A program made the translations under genes and the position numbers. Of a stretch of 32,239 bases of DNA, positions 7,233 to 15,368 are shown one piece after another; positions within the stretch are counted from its first letter, which is position 1; each line of letters starts with the position of its first letter. The notes below the pieces were generated by a model, which worked only from the letters and a program-made list of their open reading frames with translations, made no database searches and was not told the DNA's origin. Origin of the DNA: a virus (taxonomy: Duplodnaviria > Caudoviricetes); the IMG/VR virus record IMGVR_UViG_3300037785_000002, positions 1 to 32,239 of that record. One strand, written 5' to 3'.

Positions 7233-8017
7233 GCATAGAAATTATGAACGCCGTATGGCGTGAGTCGAAAGCTGACGGCAGGGCACGACTCGTCCTACTA
7301 GCAATTGCAGACCACCAAGGCGAAATCGGTGCTTGGCCGTCCATTGCCACAATTGCAAAGATGGTGAACGCCTCCGAGAGAAGCGTGCAACGAGACATCG
7401 AATACTTGCAGCAGATTGGTGAGCTTGAGGTTCACTACCAGCAGGCTCCGACAAAGAATCACTACAAGTCAAATTTGTATTTCGTCACGCTGCCGAGTCT
7501 CGCATCAGGGGTGACAAAAGGGGTGACAAAAAAGCCAAGAGGGGTGACAAATACTCAAGGAGGGGTGACAGCAGGTGGCGTGCAAACCATTATAGAAACC
7601 TTAATAGAACCTATAACTATGGAAGAAGCTAACGCCATGTTTGATGAGTTCTGGAAAGAGTATCCAAAGAAGTCAGATTTGAAACCAGCACGCAAGGCAT
7701 TTATGAAGGCTTTATACCGAGCATCCTTTGCTGACATTCTGGCTCAGACCATTGCCTATGCCAACTCGGTGAAGGGGCAGCACCCAAAATACATAAAGAA
7801 CCCTGCGACTTGGCTGAACGCTGACGCATGGGAGAACCATTACCCGCCATCGGACGAGGACATTGCTGCCGAAAGAGCACGCATCCGAAAGCAAAGAGAG
7901 CGTGAGGAGTCAGCACGGTTCCTTGCCGAGCAAGCCGAGCGAGCCAAGACCTCAGCACCACCTCCCAAATGCGAGCACGGGAACTCTGTGGTAACTTGTC
8001 GGCTATGCCTGAAATAA
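7229..8017 (+). CDS. replication initiator (N-terminal winged HTH, lambda O/DnaD-like organisation)
   Basis: ARLVLLAIADH...AWPSIATIAKM...SERSVQRDIEYL; FDEFWKEYPKK...ARKAF; YIKNPATWLN; internal iterons. Confidence 0.85.
   Translation: MSIEIMNAVWRESKADGRARLVLLAIADHQGEIGAWPSIATIAKMVNASERSVQRDIEYLQQIGELEVHYQQAPTKNHYKSNLYFVTLPSLASGVTKGVTKKPRGVTNTQGGVTAGGVQTIIETLIEPITMEEANAMFDEFWKEYPKKSDLKPARKAFMKALYRASFADILAQTIAYANSVKGQHPKYIKNPATWLNADAWENHYPPSDEDIAAERARIRKQREREESARFLAEQAERAKTSAPPPKCEHGNSVVTCRLCLK
7507..7620 (+). repeat. probable replication origin: four iterons plus AT-rich repeats
   Basis: AGGGGTGACA at 7507, 7519, 7540 and 7561, then AAACCATTATAG/AAACCTTAATAG/AACCTATAAC. Confidence 0.8.
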
Positions 8018-8280
8018 TCTTCCAATGCCAACGCTGCGGAACAACATGGGAGGGAATAACCTCTCGCAAGAACAGCGACTATTGCAAAGACTGTCGGGCA
8101 AGAAAAAGTCAAAAAGTCGACGGCTGTATAGTTTGGCATGGTCACTATGACAACGACATGGTCACACCAGTTGACGAGGACGGCAATGTCGTGTTGCCAG
8201 GAAAGCGTCGGTGTGGCAAGCTAGACTGCGTGAATCCGTCACACATTGAAAGGAAAGAAAATGGCGAAGATACAAATTGA
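8005..8280 (+). CDS. zinc-finger / HNH-like small protein
   Basis: CQRC, CKDC, GCIVWHG and RCGKLDCVNPSH motifs. Probable start ATG 8005. Confidence 0.7.
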   Translation: MPEIIFQCQRCGTTWEGITSRKNSDYCKDCRARKSQKVDGCIVWHGHYDNDMVTPVDEDGNVVLPGKRRCGKLDCVNPSHIERKENGEDTN

Positions 8281-8536
8281 GAACGCTGAGGTGTTCAAGA
8301 TTATTGAGGGCTACGGCTTCCGTGCTGTTGAGAGCTTCAAGCTACGCAACGGCGAGGACGCAAAGCGTTACTACACCGTCTGGACCGACCAGAAGGTAAC
8401 CGAAGGCGACAGCGTCTCAATCGAAGGTGACCTGTCCGTAAAGGTCGAGGAATACACCGACAGAAACAATCAACCAAAGACCTCCGCTGCTGTTCATGTG
8501 AACAACGCACGGATAACCGCTGACGCTCCGTTCTAA
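8261..8536 (+). CDS. ssb: single-stranded DNA-binding protein (minimal OB fold)
   Basis: YYTVW...GDSVSIEGDLSVKVEEYTDRN; acidic DAPF C-terminus; RBS AAGGAAAG. Confidence 0.8.
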   Translation: MAKIQIENAEVFKIIEGYGFRAVESFKLRNGEDAKRYYTVWTDQKVTEGDSVSIEGDLSVKVEEYTDRNNQPKTSAAVHVNNARITADAPF

Positions 8537-8538
8537 CG

Positions 8539-8934
8539 GTGATTCAGCTAACTGTCGTCGGCAGACCTACCCCGCAAGGAAGCAAGCGGGTGTTCAACGG
8601 CAGATTAGTTGAGGCTCAGTCAGCCAACCTGAAGAAGTGGCGTAAGGCAATCGAAGAAGCCTGCCTGCCCTTCTCGGGTGAGAACATCCACCTCGGTCCC
8701 GTGAGACTTGAGGTGGATTTCTTTTTAGAGCGACCTAAGACCGTCAAGCAAGCTAAGCGTCCTCTGCCGATAGTGCCTCCCGACCTCGACAAGTTAGTCA
8801 GAGGTGTCGGTGACGGCATCGGTCAATCAGGAATGATTTGGGGAGACGACTCTCAAGTAGTTGAGTTAGTAGCTCGTAAGTTTTACGCCGACGAGCGTGA
8901 ACAGGGTGCTGACATTCGCATCATTTTCCTCTAA
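8539..8934 (+). CDS. rusA: RusA-family Holliday junction resolvase
   Basis: G.P.PQGSKR, PDLDKLVRGVGDGI and WGDDSQVVEL.ARK.Y. Confidence 0.92.
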   Translation: MIQLTVVGRPTPQGSKRVFNGRLVEAQSANLKKWRKAIEEACLPFSGENIHLGPVRLEVDFFLERPKTVKQAKRPLPIVPPDLDKLVRGVGDGIGQSGMIWGDDSQVVELVARKFYADEREQGADIRIIFL

Positions 8935-9042
8935 AAAATTTTCTAAAAAACTTTGCATAAATAGTTGCATAGTGTTGCGAATTGTGTCATACTGTATTCA
9001 ACAACAAGGGAGGCAAAAGCCTCAAAGGGGAAGGAAACAAAA
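8935..9042 (+). promoter_or_regulatory. conserved strong promoter P2 with CAACAAGG leader
   Basis: A/T tracts, TTGCAT(8965)-17-CATACT(8988-8993), CAACAAGG, small hairpin GAGGC-AAAA-GCCTC, then RBS GAAGGAAA. Confidence 0.75.
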
Positions 9043-9507
9043 ATGATTGCAGTAGGAACCACACTTTACTCAGAGGACGGCAAGAAGTCAGTTACCATCA
9101 CAGGTCCAGCACCTCGTCGCCGTGACCGCTACCACGCTGACTACTACCCAGTCACCATTGTTGACGCTAAGGGCAACAAGGACTATGACCGTCTAAGCTA
9201 CGGCGTAATCAACAACCGCTTTCCACGCACCGCTCCAAAGCCAGAGACGGGCAAGACCATTACTACCGAGCGTCAGATGGCAAACGCAATCAAGAAGGTT
9301 ATAGGCGGAACAGTAGCTACTGGTAGAGGCGATGCTTACTACACCGCTCGTCGCTTTGACTACACCTACATTGACCAGGGCCTAAGCTCCGACGAGTTCG
9401 TAGTTTGCAACCTGTCAAGCAGGAGTGCAGCCAAGCTTCTTGAAGCAGGCTTTGAGTGCCGTAAGGTCGTCCTCGGCGACTCTGCCGTAGATGTTTGGAG
9501 CAAGTAA
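9043..9507 (+). CDS. hypothetical protein (first gene under P2)
   Basis: ATG 9043 after AAGGAAAC; 154 aa. Confidence 0.75.
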   Translation: MIAVGTTLYSEDGKKSVTITGPAPRRRDRYHADYYPVTIVDAKGNKDYDRLSYGVINNRFPRTAPKPETGKTITTERQMANAIKKVIGGTVATGRGDAYYTARRFDYTYIDQGLSSDEFVVCNLSSRSAAKLLEAGFECRKVVLGDSAVDVWSK

Positions 9508-9632
9508 TGAGAATCTGGCATTCAATTCGCCGACCTATCGGCTATGTGCTCATGGCACTAATCGCTTACATTGCACTCGGAGTGCTACACGGCATCCCGT
9601 TCCTACTGACCGACTTACTACTAGGGAGGTGA
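9507..9632 (+). CDS. 41-aa membrane microprotein (not in ORF track)
   Basis: MRIWHSIRRPIGYVLMALIAYIALGVLHGIPFLLTDLLLGR*; TAATG coupling. Confidence 0.65.
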   Translation: MRIWHSIRRPIGYVLMALIAYIALGVLHGIPFLLTDLLLGR

Positions 9633-9633
9633 G

Positions 9634-9795
9634 ATGAACTTATTGACAATCAGGGAAGCAGCAGAAGCCGTTGGCGTGCATCGCAACACAATCCGTAACT
9701 GGATTGACTCGGGCAAGCTACAAGCTATTCGCTACACCCCACGCACCATCCGCATACCAGCGGAAAACCTAGACAACATGAAAGGAAAGAAATGA
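9634..9795 (+). CDS. excisionase/MerR-like (HTH_17) DNA-binding protein (not in ORF track)
   Basis: MNLLTIREAAEAVGVHRNTIRNWIDSGKLQAIRYTPRTIRIPAENL; RBS GGAGG. Confidence 0.88.
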   Translation: MNLLTIREAAEAVGVHRNTIRNWIDSGKLQAIRYTPRTIRIPAENLDNMKGKK

Positions 9796-9989
9796 GAGAG
9801 GAAGCACGCCGTCTAGCCGACTTCGCAATAGACCGACTAGAGATGGCTGTATTCAATCAGGGCTTTGAGGCTGCCATAAACGGACTCGACGAGCTGAGTA
9901 ACAAGAAACACAACGAAGGAGACACCATCGCTGCTGAGGTATTGCGTTGGACTGTAAAGGAGCTAAGAGGTGAGAACCTTGATGATTAG
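9792..9989 (+). CDS. hypothetical protein
   Basis: 65 aa, ATGA coupling, RBS AAGGAAAG. Confidence 0.7.
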   Translation: MREEARRLADFAIDRLEMAVFNQGFEAAINGLDELSNKKHNEGDTIAAEVLRWTVKELRGENLDD

Positions 9990-10230
9990 AAACTGGTCAG
10001 ACTTCAAGTATGAGGTTGCTGACTTCTTATTTGGCAAAGAGCTAGACGAGGCTTACGCAATGGGCATCTCACAAGGGGCAGAGTTCGCAACACGCAAGCT
10101 GTCTTTTGAGGTGAACCTGAAGCGTAACCTCAAACTCACCAAGACCGAGGAGCGGGGTTACCAGCACGCCATCGACGCAGTCGAGAGAGTCAAGCCTGAG
10201 ATTGCTAAGTCGACAGGAGCTTCGGTATGA
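9982..10230 (+). CDS. hypothetical protein
   Basis: Probable start ATG 9982 (MIRNWSDF...) after GAGGTG. Confidence 0.65.
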   Translation: MIRNWSDFKYEVADFLFGKELDEAYAMGISQGAEFATRKLSFEVNLKRNLKLTKTEERGYQHAIDAVERVKPEIAKSTGASV

Positions 10231-10547
10231 CAAATCCGATGAAGATTACCGTTTGGGAGAAGCCTAACTGCGTCCAATGTATGCAGACCAAGAAGGTCAT
10301 GGACCAAGAGGGCATCCAATACCAGGTGAGGCGACTCGACAAGTCATACAAGGCCGTCGAGCGTTTCAAAGAGATGGGGCTGATGGCAGCACCTATCGTC
10401 GAGACCGACACAAAGCGTTGGTCAGGGTTCCGAGTCGAGAAGATTCGCAGCCTAGCCAAGCACCTCCGAGTTGAGAGGATGCACGGGGTGAATGTCCCAC
10501 TAGAACCAATTACACAAGTAGCAGATGAGGTGCAAGACGATGAGTGA
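10227..10547 (+). CDS. nrdH: NrdH-like glutaredoxin
   Basis: ITVWEKPNCVQCMQTKK...G.MAAPIVE...WSGFR.EKI; CVQC active site. Confidence 0.9.
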   Translation: MTNPMKITVWEKPNCVQCMQTKKVMDQEGIQYQVRRLDKSYKAVERFKEMGLMAAPIVETDTKRWSGFRVEKIRSLAKHLRVERMHGVNVPLEPITQVADEVQDDE

Positions 10548-10749
10548 CCTACAGGACCTGATAGCTCGTAGCTCTGTCCTGAGTTACCAGCAAGGAAGAA
10601 AAGACGAAAGAATCAACCTACTCAGCTTGGCAAGAGACGCATCAGTTGAGAACGACATTGGCAGGTATGTCTACCTGTCAGACCTAAACGACTACATCGA
10701 GGAATGGGACAGGGGGCAAAGTGAGAAAAGAAATTCGCAAGAGGACTAA
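10540..10749 (+). CDS. hypothetical protein
   Basis: Probable start ATG 10540 after GAGGTG. Confidence 0.6.
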   Translation: MSDLQDLIARSSVLSYQQGRKDERINLLSLARDASVENDIGRYVYLSDLNDYIEEWDRGQSEKRNSQED

Positions 10750-10957
10750 CGACAGGTTGTATGCAGACTTCAAGCAAGCTGCTGCACTCCTTGATGACGA
10801 TGAGCTTGTCTGGGACAACGACCTCAACGCTATTCGTCGGGACTTGTCTCGCTACATCTCAGACCGAGCGACCCTCGGGACTGCTAACAACCCGCACCTG
10901 ATTCAGCTAGTGCAGACCCTGATTGCCGACGAGAACGACATAACGATAGGCGACTAA
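10721..10957 (+). CDS. hypothetical protein
   Basis: 78 aa ORF within a co-directional cluster. Confidence 0.65.
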   Translation: MRKEIRKRTNDRLYADFKQAAALLDDDELVWDNDLNAIRRDLSRYISDRATLGTANNPHLIQLVQTLIADENDITIGD

Positions 10958-11187
10958 TGCTCGAAGGACTAACGCCACCCGAGAGCAAGAGCGTCTACTG
11001 CAAGGTAAAGGAAACTCTTACCTCGCTCGACGAATCTGACAGGAAGATTCTTGAGGACGCACTTGCTGACACGGAACGCTGGAAGCACAAGACCCTGTCC
11101 AATGCACTCAGAGCAAAGGGCTTGAGTTTGGCTGACACGACGATTAGTAAGCACCGCTTACGGGTGTGTGCTTGCTTTAGAAGTTAG
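10957..11187 (+). CDS. small HTH/Zn-binding hypothetical protein
   Basis: C.V...LS.ALR..G..L...TISKHR...CAC pattern; directly upstream of the phosphoesterase. Confidence 0.65.
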   Translation: MLEGLTPPESKSVYCKVKETLTSLDESDRKILEDALADTERWKHKTLSNALRAKGLSLADTTISKHRLRVCACFRS

Positions 11188-11196
11188 GCTTATTAG

Positions 11197-12363
11197 ATGC
11201 TTGAGGACTTGAACTCTCTGTCGTCACGAGGTAGCGACAAGGTAAACAAACCACCAAAGGAAGCTTGGCGACCACAGCTTGAGCTAGACGCAGATGGTGG
11301 CTACTTTGTCTCTACACCTCGTCAGGAGGAAGTGACTAACGCCGAGGACCTACTCGCTGAGTTCAACCTTGACCCGAAGGACTGGATTGTCGTTTCGGTT
11401 CGTCGTTCCAAGTGGGAAGGTGGCAGAAGCGGTGAATGGCTCAACAGCTACCGAGTCTCACTCAAACCAAGGTCATACGCAGGCACTCTGCTCGACGCTA
11501 CGGAACTGGAAAAGGAAATAAAGAAGTGGCGACCACCTCGTGCAGCCAAACCAGCAACAGGTGACCTTACGGCAATCTACGCAATCGGTGACACGCAATG
11601 GGGTAAGGACGCAGGAGACGGCACGGCAGGAACAGTCGGTCGTGTGAGGCGAGCACTCTCTGAAGCATTGCTTAGGCAGCAAGAAATAAAAAAGAGGGGG
11701 GTAGGTCCTATTGCATTGCCACAGATGGGTGACTGCATAGAGGGAACAGTCTCACAAGGTGGACGCATTATGGGAAGGCTTGACCTAGACCTCACCTCAC
11801 AGATTCGAGTAGGCCGTCGTGTCCTTATGGAGTGGGTCAAGGCGTTCGCTCCCCTGACGAACGAACTCATCATTCCCGTCGTCCCAGGGAACCACGACGA
11901 GACAACAAGACAAGTCATAGTCGACCCGATGGACAGCTGGCAGGTAGAGATTGTCCAACAGGTGCTAGACATCTGTAAGGAGAACCCAGACTTAGCTCAT
12001 GTGACAGGTCGATTCCCTGAGCGTGACAACACCACGCTTGCTGTCAATTTCTCAGGCACGATGGTTGGGTTTGCTCACGGGCATCAGTTACGAGACCCTC
12101 AGAAGTGGTGGCAGGGTCAGGCGTTAGGTGACACACCAGTAGGTCAGGCCGATGTCCTCATCACCGCTCACTACCACCATTACGCCGTCAAGCAGTTCAA
12201 TCACCGTCTTTGGATTCAGACCCCAGCACTCGACGGCGGTAGCTTCTGGTTCTCTGACAGGACTGGCATGGGTGGCAGGACACCACCAGGGATTGTCTCT
12301 TTGGTTGTAGGAGAAGGGTATGACCCTCGTCGTGACTTAGTCGTCTTAGCAGGTGACCAATGA
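11197..12363 (+). CDS. calcineurin-like metallophosphoesterase (Mre11/SbcD-like)
   Basis: Motifs GDTQ, GDCIEG, GNHDE, AHGH and AHYHH. Confidence 0.88.
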   Translation: MLEDLNSLSSRGSDKVNKPPKEAWRPQLELDADGGYFVSTPRQEEVTNAEDLLAEFNLDPKDWIVVSVRRSKWEGGRSGEWLNSYRVSLKPRSYAGTLLDATELEKEIKKWRPPRAAKPATGDLTAIYAIGDTQWGKDAGDGTAGTVGRVRRALSEALLRQQEIKKRGVGPIALPQMGDCIEGTVSQGGRIMGRLDLDLTSQIRVGRRVLMEWVKAFAPLTNELIIPVVPGNHDETTRQVIVDPMDSWQVEIVQQVLDICKENPDLAHVTGRFPERDNTTLAVNFSGTMVGFAHGHQLRDPQKWWQGQALGDTPVGQADVLITAHYHHYAVKQFNHRLWIQTPALDGGSFWFSDRTGMGGRTPPGIVSLVVGEGYDPRRDLVVLAGDQ

Positions 12364-12782
12364 AGCCATTTGACCAAGACCTATACGACACCGACGACCA
12401 AGCAAAGCACATAGTGATTGACTATCTCAGCACTCTTGGCTTACAAGCACGAGTCAACCCCGACCCCTATGGCATCGACTTACTCGCTGACTGGTTCGGG
12501 AACAACTACGAGATTGAGGTAGAGGTCAAGCACAACTGGTCAGGACCACAATTCCCTTTTGACTCATTGCACTACTCAGCACGCAAGCTGAAGTTCTTGA
12601 ATGCTCACGCTGAAGTCAGGTTCATTACACTCAACCACGAGTGGACTCACGCTGCTGTCGTCACAGGACAAGACCTGCAAGATTGCAAGATAGTAAAGAA
12701 GAAAACCAAATACACCGAGGACGAGAAGTTCATAGAAGTTCCTATAGACAAAGTAAGGTGGATAGCCCTTGCCTCTGTATAG
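12360..12782 (+). CDS. PD-(D/E)xK nuclease-like protein
   Basis: YGIDLL...YEIEVEVK motif. Confidence 0.65.
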   Translation: MKPFDQDLYDTDDQAKHIVIDYLSTLGLQARVNPDPYGIDLLADWFGNNYEIEVEVKHNWSGPQFPFDSLHYSARKLKFLNAHAEVRFITLNHEWTHAAVVTGQDLQDCKIVKKKTKYTEDEKFIEVPIDKVRWIALASV

Positions 12783-12948
12783 ATACAAATGCGAATTGAA
12801 AGCCTGTGGACACGAGCAGTATGAACTGCGTGGTATTGACAAGCGTGATGTCACCCCTGAGTGCCACAGTTGCGGTAACGACACCAAGAGGATGATGGAT
12901 GTTGCGTCTGTAAGCTTTATTGGTAAAGGGTTCGCTTCAAATGAGTAG
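12769..12948 (+). CDS. FmdB-family zinc-ribbon protein (not in ORF track)
   Basis: TTG start; MPLYRYKCELKACGH...CHSCG...VSFIGKGFASNE*. Confidence 0.8.
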   Translation: MPLYRYKCELKACGHEQYELRGIDKRDVTPECHSCGNDTKRMMDVASVSFIGKGFASNE

Positions 12949-13297
12949 GTTCCCTCAGCCTTGTTCTGTCTGCGGAACTTTGACAACGGGGGCTGCTCGA
13001 TGCGATGTTCACCAGCAAGAATACTTAGCGAAAAGAAACCGTAGTGCAGGGGGACGCAGCAGTCGTGACCCTAACGATGAGGCGAGACGACAGCGTAAGT
13101 CGCAGCTTTACAACTATGCTTACCGCAAAGAAGCCAAGGTAATTCGTGAGACGGCTACTCATTGCCACATTTGTGGTAGGGCGTTCGTCGAAGGTGACAA
13201 AATTGAAGCCGACCATTTGATAGCGGGAGTGGTTGGCTCACCACTTGCACCAGCACACCGTCGCTGCAATCAGAGCAGAGGAAACAAGGCACTATGA
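12941..13297 (+). CDS. terminase-associated HNH endonuclease
   Basis: PCSVCG...RCDVH, CHICG, EADH and PAHRRCNQSRG. Lies just upstream of the small terminase, as HK97 gp74 does. Confidence 0.85.
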   Translation: MSRFPQPCSVCGTLTTGAARCDVHQQEYLAKRNRSAGGRSSRDPNDEARRQRKSQLYNYAYRKEAKVIRETATHCHICGRAFVEGDKIEADHLIAGVVGSPLAPAHRRCNQSRGNKAL

Positions 13298-13421
13298 CAT
13301 ACACCCAGGGGCTATACCTACGGGGTGGGGCAAATGACTGACGGTTCGGCGAGCAACACCCCCCAACCAAGCTTTCTGCACAGGGTCGCATTTCCAGAGG
13401 TTCAGGGGGTAACCTAGTTTC
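13298..13421. other. candidate cos/packaging region and terminase promoter
   Basis: Non-coding gap between HNH and TerS with a G-rich tract (ACGGGGTGGGGC); TAACCT-6-ATG leaderless promoter. Position is typical of cos phages. Confidence 0.45.
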
Positions 13422-13847
13422 ATGCCAAATGTAACCAAGCCGAACGAGATGAAGCGTGCGTTAGGCAATCCAGGTCGCAGGCCAATCCCGCAGCCTAAAG
13501 AGTTTGTTGAGGGTGGCTACATCGAGCCAATGCGTGACCTGCAAGAAGCAGGCATGCAGCTCTGGGACGCAGCGATGCGAACAGGCGAGCAATGGATTGC
13601 ACGCAACTCAGACACGCAACTGCTTCTCCTAACTTGCGAGCAGATGGATAGGCGTGCGGTGCTCAACCAGTTATGGCGAGGCAACCCAACCGACAAGAAC
13701 TTGCTAATGCGACTAGCTGAGATTGAGAAGTCGATTGCATCTAACCTCAGCCTTCTCGGGTTTACGCCTACTGACCGCTCACGACTCGGGCTTGCTGAGA
13801 TAAAGGCGAAGTCTAAGTTGCAGGAGTTGATGGAAAAGAATGGCTAA
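13422..13847 (+). CDS. terS: terminase small subunit (P27-like)
   Basis: KP.E.KRALGNPGRRP N-terminus and LGFTPTDRSRL C-terminus. Confidence 0.9.
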   Translation: MPNVTKPNEMKRALGNPGRRPIPQPKEFVEGGYIEPMRDLQEAGMQLWDAAMRTGEQWIARNSDTQLLLLTCEQMDRRAVLNQLWRGNPTDKNLLMRLAEIEKSIASNLSLLGFTPTDRSRLGLAEIKAKSKLQELMEKNG

Positions 13848-15357
13848 GTCTTGGCCTCCTACTTGGCTCACCCCTATCGACGACGAGGCACTTGCCAAAG
13901 GCAAAGGTGACCTAGCAATTGAGTTTGTCGAGGCGTTCGGCATCATCACTAAGGATTCGATTGCAGGTTCGGCAGGCTCACGACTCATCTTGCGTGACTG
14001 GCAGAAGGAGCTAATTCGTCATCTATACGCAGGAGACGAGAACGGCTACCTTGCACAAGTCAACCTTGTCGGACTCCCCAGGAAACAAGGCAAGTCCGCT
14101 CTCATGTCAACCCTCTCTGTATTTGACCTCTTGTTCGGTCCTCGAGGAGGGGAGGTCTACGCCGTAGCTGCCGAAAAAGAGCAGGCCCGCATCGTGTTCG
14201 GTTCTGCAAAGAAAACGATTGAGGCTCACGAGGAACTCAGCGACATGGTCAAGCTTTACCGTGACGCAATCGAAGTGCCGTCAACAGGTTCGGTCTACCG
14301 AGTTCTCTCTGCCGAGTCCTATTCCAAAGAAGGCTTGAACTCTAGCTCCGTGTTCATCGACGAGTTGCACGCTCACCCCGACAGAACTCTCTACGATGTC
14401 ATGGCCCTCAGTATGGGTGCTCGTGGTCGCAAGGGACATCTCATCGCCATCACCACAGCAGGACGCAAGTCAGACTCCACGGGCAACGACTCAATCGCCT
14501 ACACGCTTTACCAGACAGGCCAGAGGATTGCTAACAAAGAAATCGACCCCTCGATGTTCATGGCTTGGTGGGAAGCACCTAAAGACGCAGACCACAAAGA
14601 CCCTAAGACTTGGGAGCTGTCCTCACCTGGTTACGGTGACATCTGTTCTGCCGACGATTATGCAACCGCCGTGCAACTGACACCCGAGGCTGAGTTCAAA
14701 ACTAAGCGACTCAACATCTGGACCAACACAAAGGCAGCGTGGCTACCCGCAGGAGCTTGGCAGGCTATCGAGGAGGACTTTGAGATTCTCCCAGATGACG
14801 AGTATGTGTTGGGCTTTGACGGCTCATGGAAGAACGACTCAACCGCTGTGGTGGCCGTGATTATGCCTAGAGACGAGGACGATGTGTTCCGTGCCTATCG
14901 AGTTGCCTCTTGGGAGAAGGACTTTGCTATTGACGACGACTCGTGGATAGTCGACAAGAAGGAAGTAGCGAAGGCCGTCATGGACTTCTACGACAAGAAC
15001 CCCAACTGCCGTGAGATGGCTTGTGACCCCTCCTACTGGGAGGACGAGATGTTTCAATGGGCAGACTATGGAATCCCTGTCGTGGAATACCGCAACACCC
15101 TTCAGAGAACCGTGCCTGCAACGGCGAAACTCTTTGAGGCGATTATGAACAAAAAACTGCAAGTCAAGCCCGATGCTTCTCTTGCAAGACACATAGACAA
15201 CTGCATCCTCAAGATTGACGGGCAACGAGGTGGCAGAATCACAAAGGACTACCGCAATCCAAAGCTAAAGATTGACTTGGCAATCGCATTACTTATGGCG
15301 TATGACCGAGCAAGCGTTAGAATGGAAGAAGCGTTAGTGCCTCAGGTATTTGTATAG
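13840..15357 (+). CDS. terL: terminase large subunit
   Basis: LRDWQ, Walker A PRKQGKS, Walker B VFIDELH, ITTAG, LGFDGS and KIDLAIA. Confidence 0.96.
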   Translation: MAKSWPPTWLTPIDDEALAKGKGDLAIEFVEAFGIITKDSIAGSAGSRLILRDWQKELIRHLYAGDENGYLAQVNLVGLPRKQGKSALMSTLSVFDLLFGPRGGEVYAVAAEKEQARIVFGSAKKTIEAHEELSDMVKLYRDAIEVPSTGSVYRVLSAESYSKEGLNSSSVFIDELHAHPDRTLYDVMALSMGARGRKGHLIAITTAGRKSDSTGNDSIAYTLYQTGQRIANKEIDPSMFMAWWEAPKDADHKDPKTWELSSPGYGDICSADDYATAVQLTPEAEFKTKRLNIWTNTKAAWLPAGAWQAIEEDFEILPDDEYVLGFDGSWKNDSTAVVAVIMPRDEDDVFRAYRVASWEKDFAIDDDSWIVDKKEVAKAVMDFYDKNPNCREMACDPSYWEDEMFQWADYGIPVVEYRNTLQRTVPATAKLFEAIMNKKLQVKPDASLARHIDNCILKIDGQRGGRITKDYRNPKLKIDLAIALLMAYDRASVRMEEALVPQVFV

Positions 15358-15368
15358 GCGGTTAGATT

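Noticed and set aside
7507-7570. CRISPR-like mini-array
   Set aside because: Repeats are 10 bp with 2-11 nt spacers inside a replication gene, which fits iterons.
9634-9795. Evidence for integration/excision (prophage)
   Set aside because: An Xis-like HTH alone is not enough. No integrase, attP or host flanks are visible, and the sequence circularises.
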